A DNA stretch of 63,587 bases, the filler included, from Octopus bimaculoides (lineage: Eukaryota), in NCBI RefSeq assembly GCF_001194135.2. It is 6 parts of 6 records of this genome, joined end to end, with 100 filler letters (N's around TTAATTAATTAA, not from the genome) between each part and the next. Parts side by side here need not be neighbours in the genome. Positions count along the whole stretch, not along the records: positions 1 to 26,447 come from NC_068981.1; 5 more parts are not named here. One strand, given 5' to 3'. Positions 1-12,803 of this stretch are shown piece after piece. The notes under the pieces were generated by a model that did no database searches, was not told where the DNA came from, and worked only from the letters and a program-made list of their open reading frames with translations. Each line of letters starts with the position of its first letter. The first letter of the stretch is position 1. Both the position numbers and the translations under genes were made by a program.

Positions 1-479
1 ATATTAATACATATCAACACCTACACATACAACACGTACTCATATGTATATGTACATACATAGACCCACATATACGCGTCTCTGTATGTACTATCACCGC
101 TATATACGCAGGTATATAAACCTTGCATATATACATACACACGCACACACATATTCACACATACACACACACATGCACTCATATATATGTACGCACGCAC
201 GCATATATATACGAATATAACTAAATGGTTGTGATATTCGAGTATGAAAGAGGAATTAGATAGAGATTAGGAGTTAAAATGTTGATTTATAAAGTGATTT
301 TCTATATATCCCTCTATCTATCTACCTATCTATCTTTCTTCTTACCCATCTCCCCCTCTCGCTCTGCTTCCTTCTGTTGTCTTCGATTCTACTTCACTGC
401 TACGCACATATCTCTCTCTTCCTCCTCGTTCCACTTCCTCCCTCTACCATCCTCTCTGTTCACGCGTAACCTGTGGTCA

Positions 480-830
480 ACACACTTTTCACTCCAGCCA
501 CTATGAAGGCGAGACGAACTGCTAGCGTTCTACATCAGATTCGCATTTGGCCGTACGGCATTTTAATGTTGTTTTCACTATCCAATTTTTCCTGTCTTGG
601 TTTGTGTTTGCCACCTTGGAATCATCTGTTTAGTGGGTCGATCCATTACTCAGGAAGAGACTATTCTAAAGTACGATCTGCCTTATCTTCGAAACGTCTA
701 GTTAGAATAGAGGCAGCTGACGAAGGATTAATTCCAAGTGGCTATTTGTCTTCCTATGTGTTCGTTCCGTTGTCTGTAGTTCATTGTCCTAACGTCCTGT
801 ACCCTGATATGCATCTATATACACATGTAG
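480..830 (+). mobile_element. Probable Penelope-like-element-associated interspersed repeat fragment carrying hammerhead-like core pieces
   Basis: Non-coding unique sequence containing CTCAGGA..TTC-GAAAC-GTC (649-698) and CTGACGA-A-GGA-TTAAT-TCC (717-735); partly duplicated in inverted orientation. Family assignment is inference. Confidence 0.3.
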
Positions 831-976
831 ATGTAAGTATGTACATATATGTGTGTATAGATGCATATCAGGGTACAGGACGTTAGGACAATGAACTACA
901 GACAACGGAACGAACACATAGGAAGACAAATAGCCACTTGGAATTAATCCTTCGTCAGCTGCCTCTATTCTAACTA
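699..976. repeat. Near-perfect inverted repeat (arms 699-826 and 849-976, 22-bp spacer)
   Basis: Direct reading: 128-bp arms are reverse complements with one mismatch (820/855); right arm runs into the gap at 977. Confidence 0.95.
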
Positions 977-1089
977 NNNNNNNNNNNNNNNNNNNNNNNN
1001 NNNNNNNNNNNNNNNNNNNNNNNNNNNNNNNNNNNNNNNNNNNNNNNNNNNNNNNNNNNNNNNNNNNNNNNNNNNNNNNNNNNNNNNNN

Positions 1090-1193
1090 CTTCTTCTTCT
1101 TCTTCTTCTTCTTCTTCTTCTTCTTCTTCTTCTTCTTCTTCTTCTTCTTCTTCTTCTTCTTCTTCTTCTTCTTCTTCTTCTTCTTCTTCTTCT
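1090..1193. repeat. (CTT)n microsatellite
   Basis: Pure CTT array adjacent to gap; source of the poly-Arg ORF. Confidence 0.98.
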
Positions 1194-2237
1194 CATCCCT
1201 CGGCTGCTCCTGCTTTAACCATCAATTCTCTGTACTCATAAATCTATTTCTTCAGATTTGCTACAACCACCCAAGCTTTCGCAAAGGAAGAAAGAGAAAG
1301 TCAGACTATGTGAAGACTATGGAAATATTTACCAATTTGAAGACTTTTGGAATATTTACAAAAACATACATTAAACTATCTTAACAACATACAAACTATT
1401 TGCAGAATACTTCAAAATCACGCTTGAACATTTGGGAAACTAAAAGGCCTCGGATGCATAAAAAATTACGATCAATTGAGGAAATCTACAGTAGGAATAT
1501 ATCATTGAAACGGCTCGATATGCTCACAGTCCAAAAACTGAGCGCATATGCAAGAGCGCACCGTCATATAACTATACTATGTGATACTAGTCCTAGAATT
1601 ATTGCTGCGGTGTACACCGTGCCTTTAGACAGACGAGACATCCGATGGGAAAAGAATTTCAACTGAAGACAGGAAACAACGGATTTATTCTTACGAAATG
1701 TTTGCACAAACTGATCACTAAAGTATGATAGAAAGCTTCGAAATTAAAGGAAAAGAAATGTTTCACGTTATCAATATTTAATAAATAAAGTAGACGATGC
1801 AGACTGTTAGTTTATAGGAAGGGATTAACTGCGCCGAGTTACACAGCAAACATTCACTAGACTTCTCGACAAAATTATTGCCCACATAACATGAAAAGTA
1901 TAAGAGAGAAAGTGTAGTTTCTGACTACAATGCGCCATATTTGTCGTAATGTTCTGCCTCTAACAACTGTGTGAGAAATGCAGAGAATACGAGATAAAAT
2001 ATAAAAGTGTAAGCACAAAACTAAGCCATGCATTTAAATATGACGAACAGGATATCTCTCTCATTGTCTGGCTTTCTCTCTGGTCGAAACTTTGAAATCA
2101 CTTTTACTTCTGTTGTAAATGTTTAATAAACATTTGCTCTACTAAAAGGAGTATTAAACGCTTCGATTTAATGTTAAATTGTTTTCATATATAACTTGAT
2201 ATGAAAAAAATATGCATGTGTGTGTATGTATGTGTAC

Positions 2238-2238
2238 A

Positions 2239-2299
<61 letters not shown>

Positions 2300-2399
2300 C
2301 TCTTTCTCTCCCTTTCTCCCTCTCTACAGACACACACATACATACATACATACATACATCCACACACACACACAGACACAGACACACACACACACACCC

Positions 2400-2496
<97 letters not shown>
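2238..2496. repeat. Compound microsatellite (TATC)n-(CA)n-(TA)n
   Basis: Direct reading; one of dozens of similar compound arrays in the window. Confidence 0.97.
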
Positions 2497-2498
<2 letters not shown>

Positions 2499-2593
2499 AA
2501 ATATGGGGGTTTAGTTCACAGGTGATCTAAACGATTAGGTACGCTAGGTCAGTGCTGTAACGGATCACTAGGGCCTCAAAGTTATAGCCGAGA

Positions 2594-2640
2594 CGGAAGT
2601 TATGGCGCCATTTCACGCTTGCGGTGCAGCGGATATATAA
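2594..2640. promoter_or_regulatory. Possible promoter motif cluster (ETS-like, YY1-like, TATA-like)
   Basis: CGGAAGT (2594), palindromic ATGGCGCCAT (2602-2611), TATATAA (2634) within a small CpG-rich patch. Confidence 0.2.
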
Positions 2641-3484
2641 TTGTTAAAGAGGACAACAAACATTAAGGCAAGGCAAACATTCTGCTTCAAAAGAAGTAAT
2701 GCCATAAAATAACTTCCATCGGCCCCACCCCACCACAAACACATACTCTTGGTAAAATTTCTGTATGAATTATGTTATTTCTTGCTATGCGCACTCGCAA
2801 AATTACAGCTCAAATCCAAGTGAAATCGCATTTATCTGTTCTGTAATTCGTGTATTTAAAAATCTGATATTCGATGTGAATTTAAAAGGAAGTTCTCCCA
2901 GAATTCCAATCCCTTACCTGTCGTTTCAAGCATGTCGGAGGTGACAAATTAAGAAATTGCGGTGGTGGCGGGGGTGGGGAATTAAACTTTTGAAAACTTG
3001 ATTTCTAAGTAAAATCGTATGAAACCCCTTTTATTCTATGAAACAATATATAGTCTGTGATACATCTTAAGAACAGAAAGCACTTCCATCCAACGCTATG
3101 CAAATTGTACCCTCCCTTCTTCACTTTTAAACAAACAATGATTTACATTACGCCAGAAATCCAGTTCACTATATATCAGCTGTTCTGATTCTGAACATAA
3201 TAAAATAACAAATAATACAATATGGCTGAATGCCATAACACCTGGGCAACGCCTGGATGCATTGCTAGTGCGTGTGTGTTTGTGTGTATGTATATCACTT
3301 CCTAAATTTTTCTCTATGAATTTGCTATAGTAATTAGAGCCAGCACTAATTTTTTTACGAGGTTTCGTATTCGAGTACGCCTAATGTGAACAACTATGAA
3401 ATGGAAGATGAGATATGTGTTTAATATACTTTGCAGCGTATACTGGTTGAATAACGAAATACAGTGTCCCTACAGGTCATTAAT

Positions 3485-3746
3485 GTGGAGGCGCGTGGCT
3501 TAGGGGTTAGGGTGTCAGCATCATGATCGTAAGACTGTGGTTTCGACTCCTGGACCGGACGATGCGTTGTGTTCATGAGCAAAACACTTCATTTCACGCT
3601 GCTCCAGCCCACTCTGCTGGCAAAAAGGAGTAACGCTGCGAAGGGGTGGCGTCCCATCCAGCTGGGAAACACATACGCCATTGAAACCAAGAAACCGGGC
3701 CCACGAGCCTGGCTAGGCTTTAAAAGGGCGCATTTATTTATTTTTT
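3485..3746 (+). mobile_element. Full-length tRNA-derived SINE with CORE-like segment
   Basis: Head GTGGAGGCGC shared with the 60859 family; A box TGGCTTAGGGG, B box GGTTTCGACTCC; CORE-like TGTGTTCATGAGCAAAACACTT; (TTTA)n tail; 13-bp TSD ACAGG/TTCATTAAT (3472-3484, 3747-3759, one mismatch). Confidence 0.88.
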
Positions 3747-3879
3747 ACAGTTCATTAATATATATATACATATATGTGTGTGTATTTGCCTGTGTGTGTG
3801 CGCCTGCGTGCGTATACGTGTGTGTGCGCACGCTTGTGTTTGTACTTGCGTATGCGCGCTTTAGTGTGTGTGTGTGTGT

Positions 3880-3936
<57 letters not shown>

Positions 3937-4890
3937 AGTTTGTGTTTGTGTAGCACATTTCCATATATATATTTTATTCATCACAATTCCTGATTGTAAA
4001 ATATATACAATATGAACAAGTTTTTAATATTTCCAGTTTAACTCAGACACATTAAAAAGCAAGTGGTGCATATTAAATAATATTATTTACTAATAAACTA
4101 ACTATAAATTATATCTAATTTGTCCGTACTTGTAATTATAGATAAATTTTATTTCACTTCTCACATAACAATGGACGAAGAAATCAATTATATCTCTTAA
4201 TTTAGTGGCATACTTGTATTTAAGAATATCGAGCAGTACTTGACATCAACATAGTTTACTCTACAAAAGAAGCACTTATGTGAAGTACGCTTAAGCTAAT
4301 GCTCTTGCAATACAATACTACAAGAAAATACTCAGAATATTTGTAATAATTCAGAAGAGGTTCTCCGGGAATCAAGTAAAGAAGCACGCTCGGCAAAATC
4401 AGGCTTATTAAAAGTCTCACTCAAATTACTGCTTACTGTCATATAGAAGGGTAGAGTCTATTTTAGTCCGAGATACATTGTATCTTCGAAACGGAATCTT
4501 AGATTTGGTGCTGTTTACTATGACTGTGCTTATAAGACTACGCGGTAAATGTCGAACGTAATAGAAGTAGTCACCTGAATGGTTGATCAACATATTATTA
4601 GCCGCAAATTTTCTTCAAATGTCACCTCACTGTCTTTAATCATGATATCATTCATAACATCGTGCGGATTTTACGATTCCTTGAAAAATAATGTTGAAAT
4701 GGTTATTGTCCATTCATCAAGGAAAGCAGAGGGTAGAGGCTAAAGAAAACCAAACATCACCAATTAAGAAGAACAATACCAACAGCAACAGGGTTTCAGT
4801 TAACAATATAAATAAAATAGACGCGCCGATTACTAAAATGTAGCATTTCGATTTGTGTAAATAGTTAATGATACAGACTTTCCCCCCCAG

Positions 4891-4985
4891 AAAATATTGC
4901 TTCGTGAGTAGGGAAGTGGTTCAAAAATTTCTTGAATGTTACAAGCGTTATCACATCAACTATGCAAATAATGACGGTTATGTTG
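4891..4985 (+). CDS. Candidate internal exon (KYCFVSREVVQKFLECYKRYHINYANNDGYV)
   Basis: Acceptor actttcccccccag, donor G|gtaaga, open frame; no confirmed homology. Confidence 0.2.
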
Positions 4986-5734
4986 GTAAGACACTGGTTT
5001 AATAAGATATTAAGATGCCCACCGGAAATCTGCAAAGTTCTGTTTATAGATCTACTACAAACATAACCAAGACGAATGTATATGGATCTCAATGCTGAGA
5101 AGCTACATGATTATTCAGCTTGAATAGCATAGCAGCCAACTTTCCGTAGATGACATCACATCACCTGAGAATTATCATTGCAAGTTATCGGTTGTCATTC
5201 ATTATGGATCTACTTTATCGAGGTTTGTCCTGTGAAAAGTAGCAATGTCTATCATCTCGCTCTGTTAGTCTGGGGCACCTAAAATTGCTGCTGACATTGA
5301 CACCACTTTCATGACTTCATACTAAAAGTTGATTATATCGTAGCTATTTTGTTGTCTTATATTAATCCTACATCATTTCCGATTGAGAAAACATGTATTC
5401 AAATATATTCCAAAGATTCACGCTGTTTTTAGATTAAAAAAAAAAAAATACAGTTAGGGACATGTCAGCTAATGAACACTTCATATCTTAAAACATGCTC
5501 TGTGAAGAAAGTGGATCGTACACGAATGTAACAAATACGAGGATGTCTATTGGGTTTCTCTGTTGTGTAGTTTTTCATAAATGTCTACTACTGATTAAAA
5601 TTTGCTCATAGAACGCAAAATAAATTTAATACAACTCTAAACAGTAGAGGCTAAGAAGTAGAGACAAACAATTAATTTCTTTCATTGATTAAAAAAAAAA
5701 TCAAAATATTAAAGAAAACTACTAGTGAAGACAT

Positions 5735-5870
5735 GTCTATGTGGTTAAGAAGCTCATTTGTAATCATGCGGTTTAATGTTTATTACTACTGTTGACATTT
5801 TGGGAAATGAATCTCATACAATAACCTTGGATCAACCAGTACCTTGTAAGTGACTATAGGGAATCTGTGT
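5735..5870 (+). mobile_element. Degenerate CORE-type SINE copy (family of 16630/37087/55596)
   Basis: ATGTGGTTAAGAAGCT..., ACCTTGGATCAACCAGTACCTTGTAAGTG align loosely to the better copies. Confidence 0.4.
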
Positions 5871-7885
5871 ATGTATAAAAAGGGTTGCTTTTGGACACAC
5901 AAAGAATCACTTCATATACAACCATTATAGAACAGAAAAAATTATCTCACAACACCATTCCTCCGAAGATTTCCTTAAAAAGTGACCCTATCCTGCAAAT
6001 ACAAAATAAAAATCCAGACCACGATTTGTAATATGTTTATAACATGCGTTGCTTTGCCTTTCAAAAAAATGTGTATATGTGAGTGCCTGTGTATGTGCAC
6101 GAACCTATATCTATCACATTCTGTGGGGCGAAACGAAAATGTCTGTATGTTGTCAGTCGCCACGTTAGAAACAGTGATGAAATTTATCTCAATTCGCAGC
6201 GTACTTTATTGTTTAAAAAAGGAAGGATATGTTGAATAATATAACTTGCGAAACACCATATATCAAAAGTAGAAATAAAATGAACGCTGATATGACTGGC
6301 CAAATGTTCTTTTAACGAGTTTTTTCAAGGGTGGAACAAGTGAGGACACTAACGTGAATTCCACATGCCTGGATAGGAAATAAAAGCATTGCATTCAGTA
6401 CTGTCTTTCTTCATAAGTCTGCTCTATGAAACTTGGCGTTGAATTAAACAAAATCAAAAAACTTCATTATCATAGTGAAAAAATAATAATAGCTTATAAC
6501 ATTTCCATTTTCAATCGTTTTATGTTCTGAACTTAACGATACATAATCTAACTTATAGCACACTGTGTCATTTGAAAAATCATACGTGTTTCATAACTAA
6601 TTCATAAGTGTTTCATAACTAATCTTTAATGGCAAGTCATATATGTCTCGTATAATTTGATAACAAATATTCATATAGCTACACCTTTGTCAGCAGTTTC
6701 GTTTTGATAAAACCTATTTTTTAAACATATTTCTAAATAGTGGTTATTACAATCGTGGTGGTAGTCAAGAATAATGATTACGAGAACATTTACAAAAACG
6801 GTTGGGATATATATTTTACGAACATACCTCATTCATACGTTTACATTAATATCTCGTTAGAGAGAATCATTTAAGCAAATAATCCATCGACAAATGGAGT
6901 AGAAAATGATTAATACATTTGTTTCTAAATGTTGTTGAGGTATTTAGTTTCCATTCTTTTTTCTCAGATATCCACCTAATGTACAACAAATTTATTACAA
7001 TTATTTCAACACAAATATTATTAATGTGAATGAAGAGTTATATCATCTATTAAAATAGAAATTCCATTCCAGCTTTATCATTATTTGTATTGCATATATA
7101 ACAAAAACGTATTTCATGATTGCACAGAGAAAATTGGATTAAAAAACTCATACAATAGGAGCTGTAAAAAATTTACAACTTTCAATACATACTCTGAACA
7201 AAATTATAAAGATACGTTTCTTAAAATATATTTCACACTAAAAATAAAAAAAATAAAAGACAAACACACATTTGGTGCCTGAGTTTACATGACTGAGCTC
7301 TCTTGTCGAACAGTGTTCCTAGTTGAATTGTTTGTGCTGTCGTACGAAATCCACATTCTCCTGATGATTGTAGAAACGTCTATCACCCCTTGGCTGTCGG
7401 TGTGCATTATTAAAGTCTTTCATTATCATTCACCCACTGACTGCGTCGTTGCTTTACATATCACTGAGGAAGTTTGATGGTGTTTGGTGCTAATATCTTT
7501 GATGAACAAGCTGCACGATGAATATTATTAGAGCGGGCTAGGATTATCTGGAGCCTGTATTATCTGGAGCCAGTATTATTCTGTTGTCCTTTAAATAGAA
7601 GCCTTGTAGATGTCAGGGCACAGGATTAGGATTTTATGCAGTCAACCTCTCTTAAACAAGAACTTAAAGAGCTGAAAGGGGTTACTGAGAGGTACATACT
7701 TCAGGATGCATTTCTTTGATATGCTAAAAAAACTCATGGCTGGGACCCTAGGACTTGAGTAGCGCTGAAAACAAATGTGGTTAAGAGGTGGTTTCCTCGA
7801 AATTCGTAATCAAGGACCTAAAAGTAGAAATATTTTAACATTATATCAAGGACATACACACACACACATATGTATGTATAATATA

Positions 7886-7953
<68 letters not shown>

Positions 7954-8743
7954 CTAAAGCAGAGAAAAAGCCAAGAACAAACATCAACGCGAGAACGTGG
8001 TACATGCAATACAAAGTATTAATAAGACTCTCAGAGAAGGAGAGACAGAGTGGTTGCATTACCTTTCGAGCAAAGATAGCCAACAGTCCACGTGTAGTTA
8101 CATTTATATATATTAGAAGAATATTTATATTTATTAGAATAACAAAAAGAAAGAATTATATATTTGAAAAAAGTGAGTAGAAATGGCTTTTTTAGGTGAT
8201 ATTTTTTATTTTAATCATACTGTTTGCAGTAAGTTATTCTGTTATGACTTTCAAGCTTCAAACTGAAAAATATATGTTTTACTGGTTGCTTAAATAGCAA
8301 AAAAAAATAGTAAAAAATGTATATGAAAAAATATAAGAAAAACAGGAGTTAATGATGGTGGAGAATAAGATGAAGAAAGAAGAATGAAGAAAGAAAAAGA
8401 AGTAGAACTAGAATAAGAAAGATAAAGAAAGAAGAAGAGGCGGAAGAAGAAGGAGACGCAGAAAGAGAAAGGAAGAGAAAATAAAATAAAGCTAAGAGTA
8501 AAAATTAAATATTAAAATAAAGATAGTAATTGTGAACAGAGCGGGGAGGAGTGTTGAGTTCATCAAGAAAACAGAAATGGAATGTTTTGGAGAGGTCAAT
8601 ATAATTGATTTGTGAGATGACCACTGAGGTGCCTGGTGATTTCAGGACACATATTCATTCAATTCTCACACGTGGTATGATGTACGCATCCATACACATA
8701 ATATATATACATGCACATACACGCACATATATGTATATGTATT

Positions 8744-8787
<44 letters not shown>

Positions 8788-9242
8788 NNNNNNNNNNNNN
8801 NNNNNNNNNNNNNNNNNNNNNNNNNNNNNNNNNNNNNNNNNNNNNNNNNNNNNNNNNNNNNNNNNNNNNNNNNNNNNNNNNNNNNNNNNNNNNNNNNNNN
8901 NNNNNNNNNNNNNNNNNNNNNNNNNNNNNNNNNNNNNNNNNNNNNNNNNNNNNNNNNNNNNNNNNNNNNNNNNNNNNNNNNNNNNNNNNNNNNNNNNNNN
9001 NNNNNNNNNNNNNNNNNNNNNNNNNNNNNNNNNNNNNNNNNNNNNNNNNNNNNNNNNNNNNNNNNNNNNNNNNNNNNNNNNNNNNNNNNNNNNNNNNNNN
9101 NNNNNNNNNNNNNNNNNNNNNNNNNNNNNNNNNNNNNNNNNNNNNNNNNNNNNNNNNNNNNNNNNNNNNNNNNNNNNNNNNNNNNTATATATATATGTAT
9201 ATATATATACAGATTTGTTTTATTCATATTATTTATGCACAG

Positions 9243-9254
9243 GTACAACAGGAT
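9243..9254 (+). CDS. Candidate 12-nt microexon
   Basis: tttgttttattcatattatttatgcacag|GTACAACAGGAT|gtaagt; frame-preserving length. Confidence 0.2.
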
Positions 9255-9860
9255 GTAAGTATCCGGAATACAATTTCGCGACTTTGTACATGTTTTCTTA
9301 GGTACACACCAGTTAATAATTAGGAATATTCTATTAAATTCGAACTCGTGCAATGTACTTTTAGAGAGCACGAAGAAGATGAACGACCTTATGATAATTA
9401 GAATATGTAGCAAGTTGAAAGTGACGGACAAGTAAAATAACATTAAATCTACCAGTTTATGTAGTAGATTTAAGAATGTGCTTCAATTTACCGGTAACAG
9501 TAATGAAATTAAATGCTTTACAGAAACAAATTCGGTCATTGATGTGATATACAATGTTGTAAAGGAATCACATAAACTTACAAACATGCTCATTTATTTC
9601 AGGCAGTTTCATATGTAGCGGATTTATCGGATTAAATATGAAATACTTTCAAGATCATTTTGAGTTGAGAAATATTCATAGCAAAATTTTCAATTTAGTT
9701 AATATATCCGTAAGAATTACTGCAAGGAATGTGCTAAAATTCCTTAATCTACCTTCTCGTTTTATTAACATACTCTGAGTAATATTTCGTTATTAGAATA
9801 CAACACTTAAAAAATAGTATTAACGAAACAATAGCAAGAAAAATAATACAAATAATAACT

Positions 9861-10055
9861 ATTTCAAATTTTGTCACAAGACCAACATTTTTTGGGGGAG
9901 GGGGAAAGTCGATTACATCGAAGCCAGTGTTCAACACGTACTTCTTTTATCAGCCTCTAAAGGATGAAAGGAGAATACGACCTTGGTAAAATTTTAACTG
10001 AAAATGTAAAATCGAAAGAAATGTGGCTATGTATATGGTTCATCGTACGAACGAT
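9861..10055 (-). mobile_element. tRNA-headed SINE (family of the 35275 copy)
   Basis: Reverse complement matches 35300-35480 (GATGTAATCGAC, GGTCGTATTCTCCTTTCATCCTTT, CTTGTG tail). Confidence 0.75.
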
Positions 10056-10351
10056 AGAAATAGAGGTAACTCGAATGTGGAGTCTAAAAACAGAAACAAT
10101 TCCTATCATAGTAGGTGCCTTAGGTATAATAAAACAATATTCTGACAAATACATAACAAAAACACCAGGACTTACAAATATATATAACATACAGAAAATT
10201 GCACTACTGGGCACTGCACACATCTTACGCAAAACACTTTCAATACAGTAACCATAAGAGCATCACAGCAAACCACAGCACATACCCAAGGCACACAGAG
10301 CTGCGCTCGGTAGTGAAGTGAAAGCACGTTATCAAAATAAAACTACTGAAC
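10056..10351 (+). mobile_element. 5'-truncated R4/Dong-like (restriction-like endonuclease) non-LTR retrotransposon 3' end
   Basis: Intact frame EIEVTRMWSLKTETIPIIVGALGIIK...IQKIALLGTAHILRKTLSIQ* is the typical C-terminus of R4-clade ORFs; 3' UTR followed by (AAT)n. Confidence 0.85.
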
Positions 10352-10464
<113 letters not shown>

Positions 10465-10473
10465 AAGGAACTC

Positions 10474-10620
10474 TAAAAAAAGACAGTGAGCACTGTACTG
10501 GTAGCGCAAGACCAAGCTTTGGCCACGAACTGGAGGGTCAACCTTAGGAATGAACAAGTCTCTCCGCTGATCCGCATTTGCAATAGAGTGGATGAAACCA
10601 TTGCCATATCACGAATTTAC
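10474..10620 (+). mobile_element. Degenerate R4/Dong-like ORF fragment (pre-zinc-knuckle region)
   Basis: TVLVAQDQALATNW...SPLIRICNRVDETIA resembles the AQDQAL.TN...CR.C....ETI.H CCHC region of R4-clade proteins, with the first Cys lost. Confidence 0.6.
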
Positions 10621-11334
10621 ATTCCAATGACTGAGCTTTCTACCGCTGTTAGAAATTATAAAACAAAAGAGAACATGGCCACGCACATAGACACACATAT
10701 ATCGTCAAATACAAATGACAAAAACAACACCAAATTCTCAAGGGATGTTCATAGATTAGGATGACACAAATGAAAATAAAACTATATATGATGATGACGC
10801 TGAATGTCCCACCCGTGGACGGAGAAGGCCACTATTGACCATGAAGAACATTATGCACACAGACAACATTATTCCTTACATTTGTAGCTCGGCTGGTGAC
10901 TAATGAGCTGCGCTCTTGATAGAAATACACGTCCCCAGAAACTGCAGTCCAAACTTCCCGCATTCATCACACCGGCGGTGCGTTTGCAAGCAGCTTCCTT
11001 ATGTTCAGCATGAAAAATACGCCTTTCTTCAAAAATACCCACTCCTTCTTTTACATACTTACAAATAACCTTTAACGCATACATAGGAATTCGGTGTAAG
11101 TTTGCTTGCCCCTAGAATTTCAAGCAAAAAAAAAAAACAACCAATATACATAATTTTCTTTTGGGAACAAGATGTTTTATTGCGATGCGGCCATTCTTTG
11201 TTGTTTCACTTCCTCACTCAATACAAAATATAAAGTTTTATATACGAAGTACTTTTAATATTTCGTGTTACGCATACAAAATTGCGCAGCATGCTTTTTA
11301 CAAAAGTTATAAGGACTAAACGTTGGTGGATGAC

Positions 11335-11430
11335 ATCGATCCCCGGCTCCTCGATGAAAGTTGAACTCAGAAGATAAAGGCGGGCGGAAGCATTTTGTTC
11401 CATGTGCCAACGATTCTGATAGCAGGCCAC
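11335..11430 (-). mobile_element. Internally deleted SINE remnant (family of 35275)
   Basis: Minus strand AAAATGCTT...TTCTGAGTTCAA...GGGGATCGATGTCATC. Confidence 0.4.
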
Positions 11431-12763
11431 CTTCAAAATGGTGTGCAATATCAAAATATAGTTGTTCAAAATTTAGTTGTTCAAATTGAAAAATGCATTT
11501 CCTAAATAAGTAAAAGATCTCATTTATGTATGCAAAAATTTTGGTCATTGTATTATCTATAAATAGAAAGAAATGCATAAACGTAAGCTAGCTTATCGAT
11601 ATTATTTGGGAGTAGAAAAAACAAAAAAGGAATTAGAATATTAAACAATAAGAGATGTAAAAATAAGTCCCGAGAGAATAAACAAATATTAAATTAAACT
11701 GGAAATCAATATTTGAATAACTAAATAAATGAGGTGTAAAAATATATTGTAAAATACATATAGATATTAGAGAGAGACAAATATCGGATTACGAAAAATT
11801 ATGGATATAAGTTATTGAATATCAACCGAGCCACATATGAACATATGTACGCAGAACTGCACACAAAGAGACATATATATATATGTATATATATATATAT
11901 ATNNNNNNNNNNNNNNNNNNNNNNNNNNNNNNNNNNNNNNNNNNNNNNNNNNNNNNNNNNNNNNNNNNNNNNNNNNNNNNNNNNNNNNNNNNNNNNNNNN
12001 NNNNNNNNNNNNNNNNNNNNNNNNNNNNNNNNNNNNNNNNNNNNNNNNNNNNNNNNNNNNNNNNNNNNNNNNNNNNNNNNNNNNNNNNNNNNNNNNNNNN
12101 NNNNNNNNNNNNNNNNNNNNNNNNNNNNNNNNNNNNNNNNNNNNNNNNNNNNNNNNNNNNNNNNNNNNNNNNNNNNNNNNNNNNNNNNNNNNNNNNNNNN
12201 NNNNNNNNNNNNNNNNNNNNNNNNNNNNNNNNNNNNNNNNNNNNNNNNNNNNNNNNNNNNNNNNNNNNNNNNNNNNNNNNNNNNNNNNNNNNNNNNNNNN
12301 NNNNNNNNNNNNNNNNNNNNNNNNNNNNNNNNNNNNNNNNNNNNNNNNNNNNNNNNNNNNNNNNNNNNNNNNNNNNNNNNNNNNNNNNNNNNNNNNNNNN
12401 NNNNNNNNNNNNNNNNNNNNNNNNNNNNNNNNNNNNNNNNNNNNNNNNNNNNNNNNNNNNNNNNNNNNNNNNNNNNNNNNNNNNNNNNNNNNNNNNNNNN
12501 NNNNNNNNNNNNNNNNNNNNNNNNNNNNNNNNNNNNNNNNNNNNNNNNNNNNNNNNNNNNNNNNNNNNNNNNNNNNNNNNNNNNNNNNNNNNNNNNNNNN
12601 NNNNNNNNNNNNNNNNNNNNNNNNNNNNNNNNNNNNNNNNNNNNNNNNNNNNNNNNNNNNNNNNNNNNNNNNNNNNNNNNNNNNNNNNNNNNNNNNNNNN
12701 NNNNNNNNNNNNNNNNNNNNNNNNNNNNNNNNNNNNNNNNNNNNNNNNNNNNNNNNNNNNNNN

Positions 12764-12803
<40 letters not shown>

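Noticed and set aside
7289-7477. Minus-strand IMKDFNN resembling the LINE endonuclease GDFNA motif
   Set aside because: Single short motif without other endonuclease residues.
10869-11111. Long 232-nt version of a minus-strand exon
   Set aside because: An internal GTAAGT donor at 11062 competes and the peptide is unrecognisable; only the short form is used in the speculative chain.
11255-11578. 107-aa minus-strand ORF
   Set aside because: Central part is a deleted SINE remnant; no recognisable protein.
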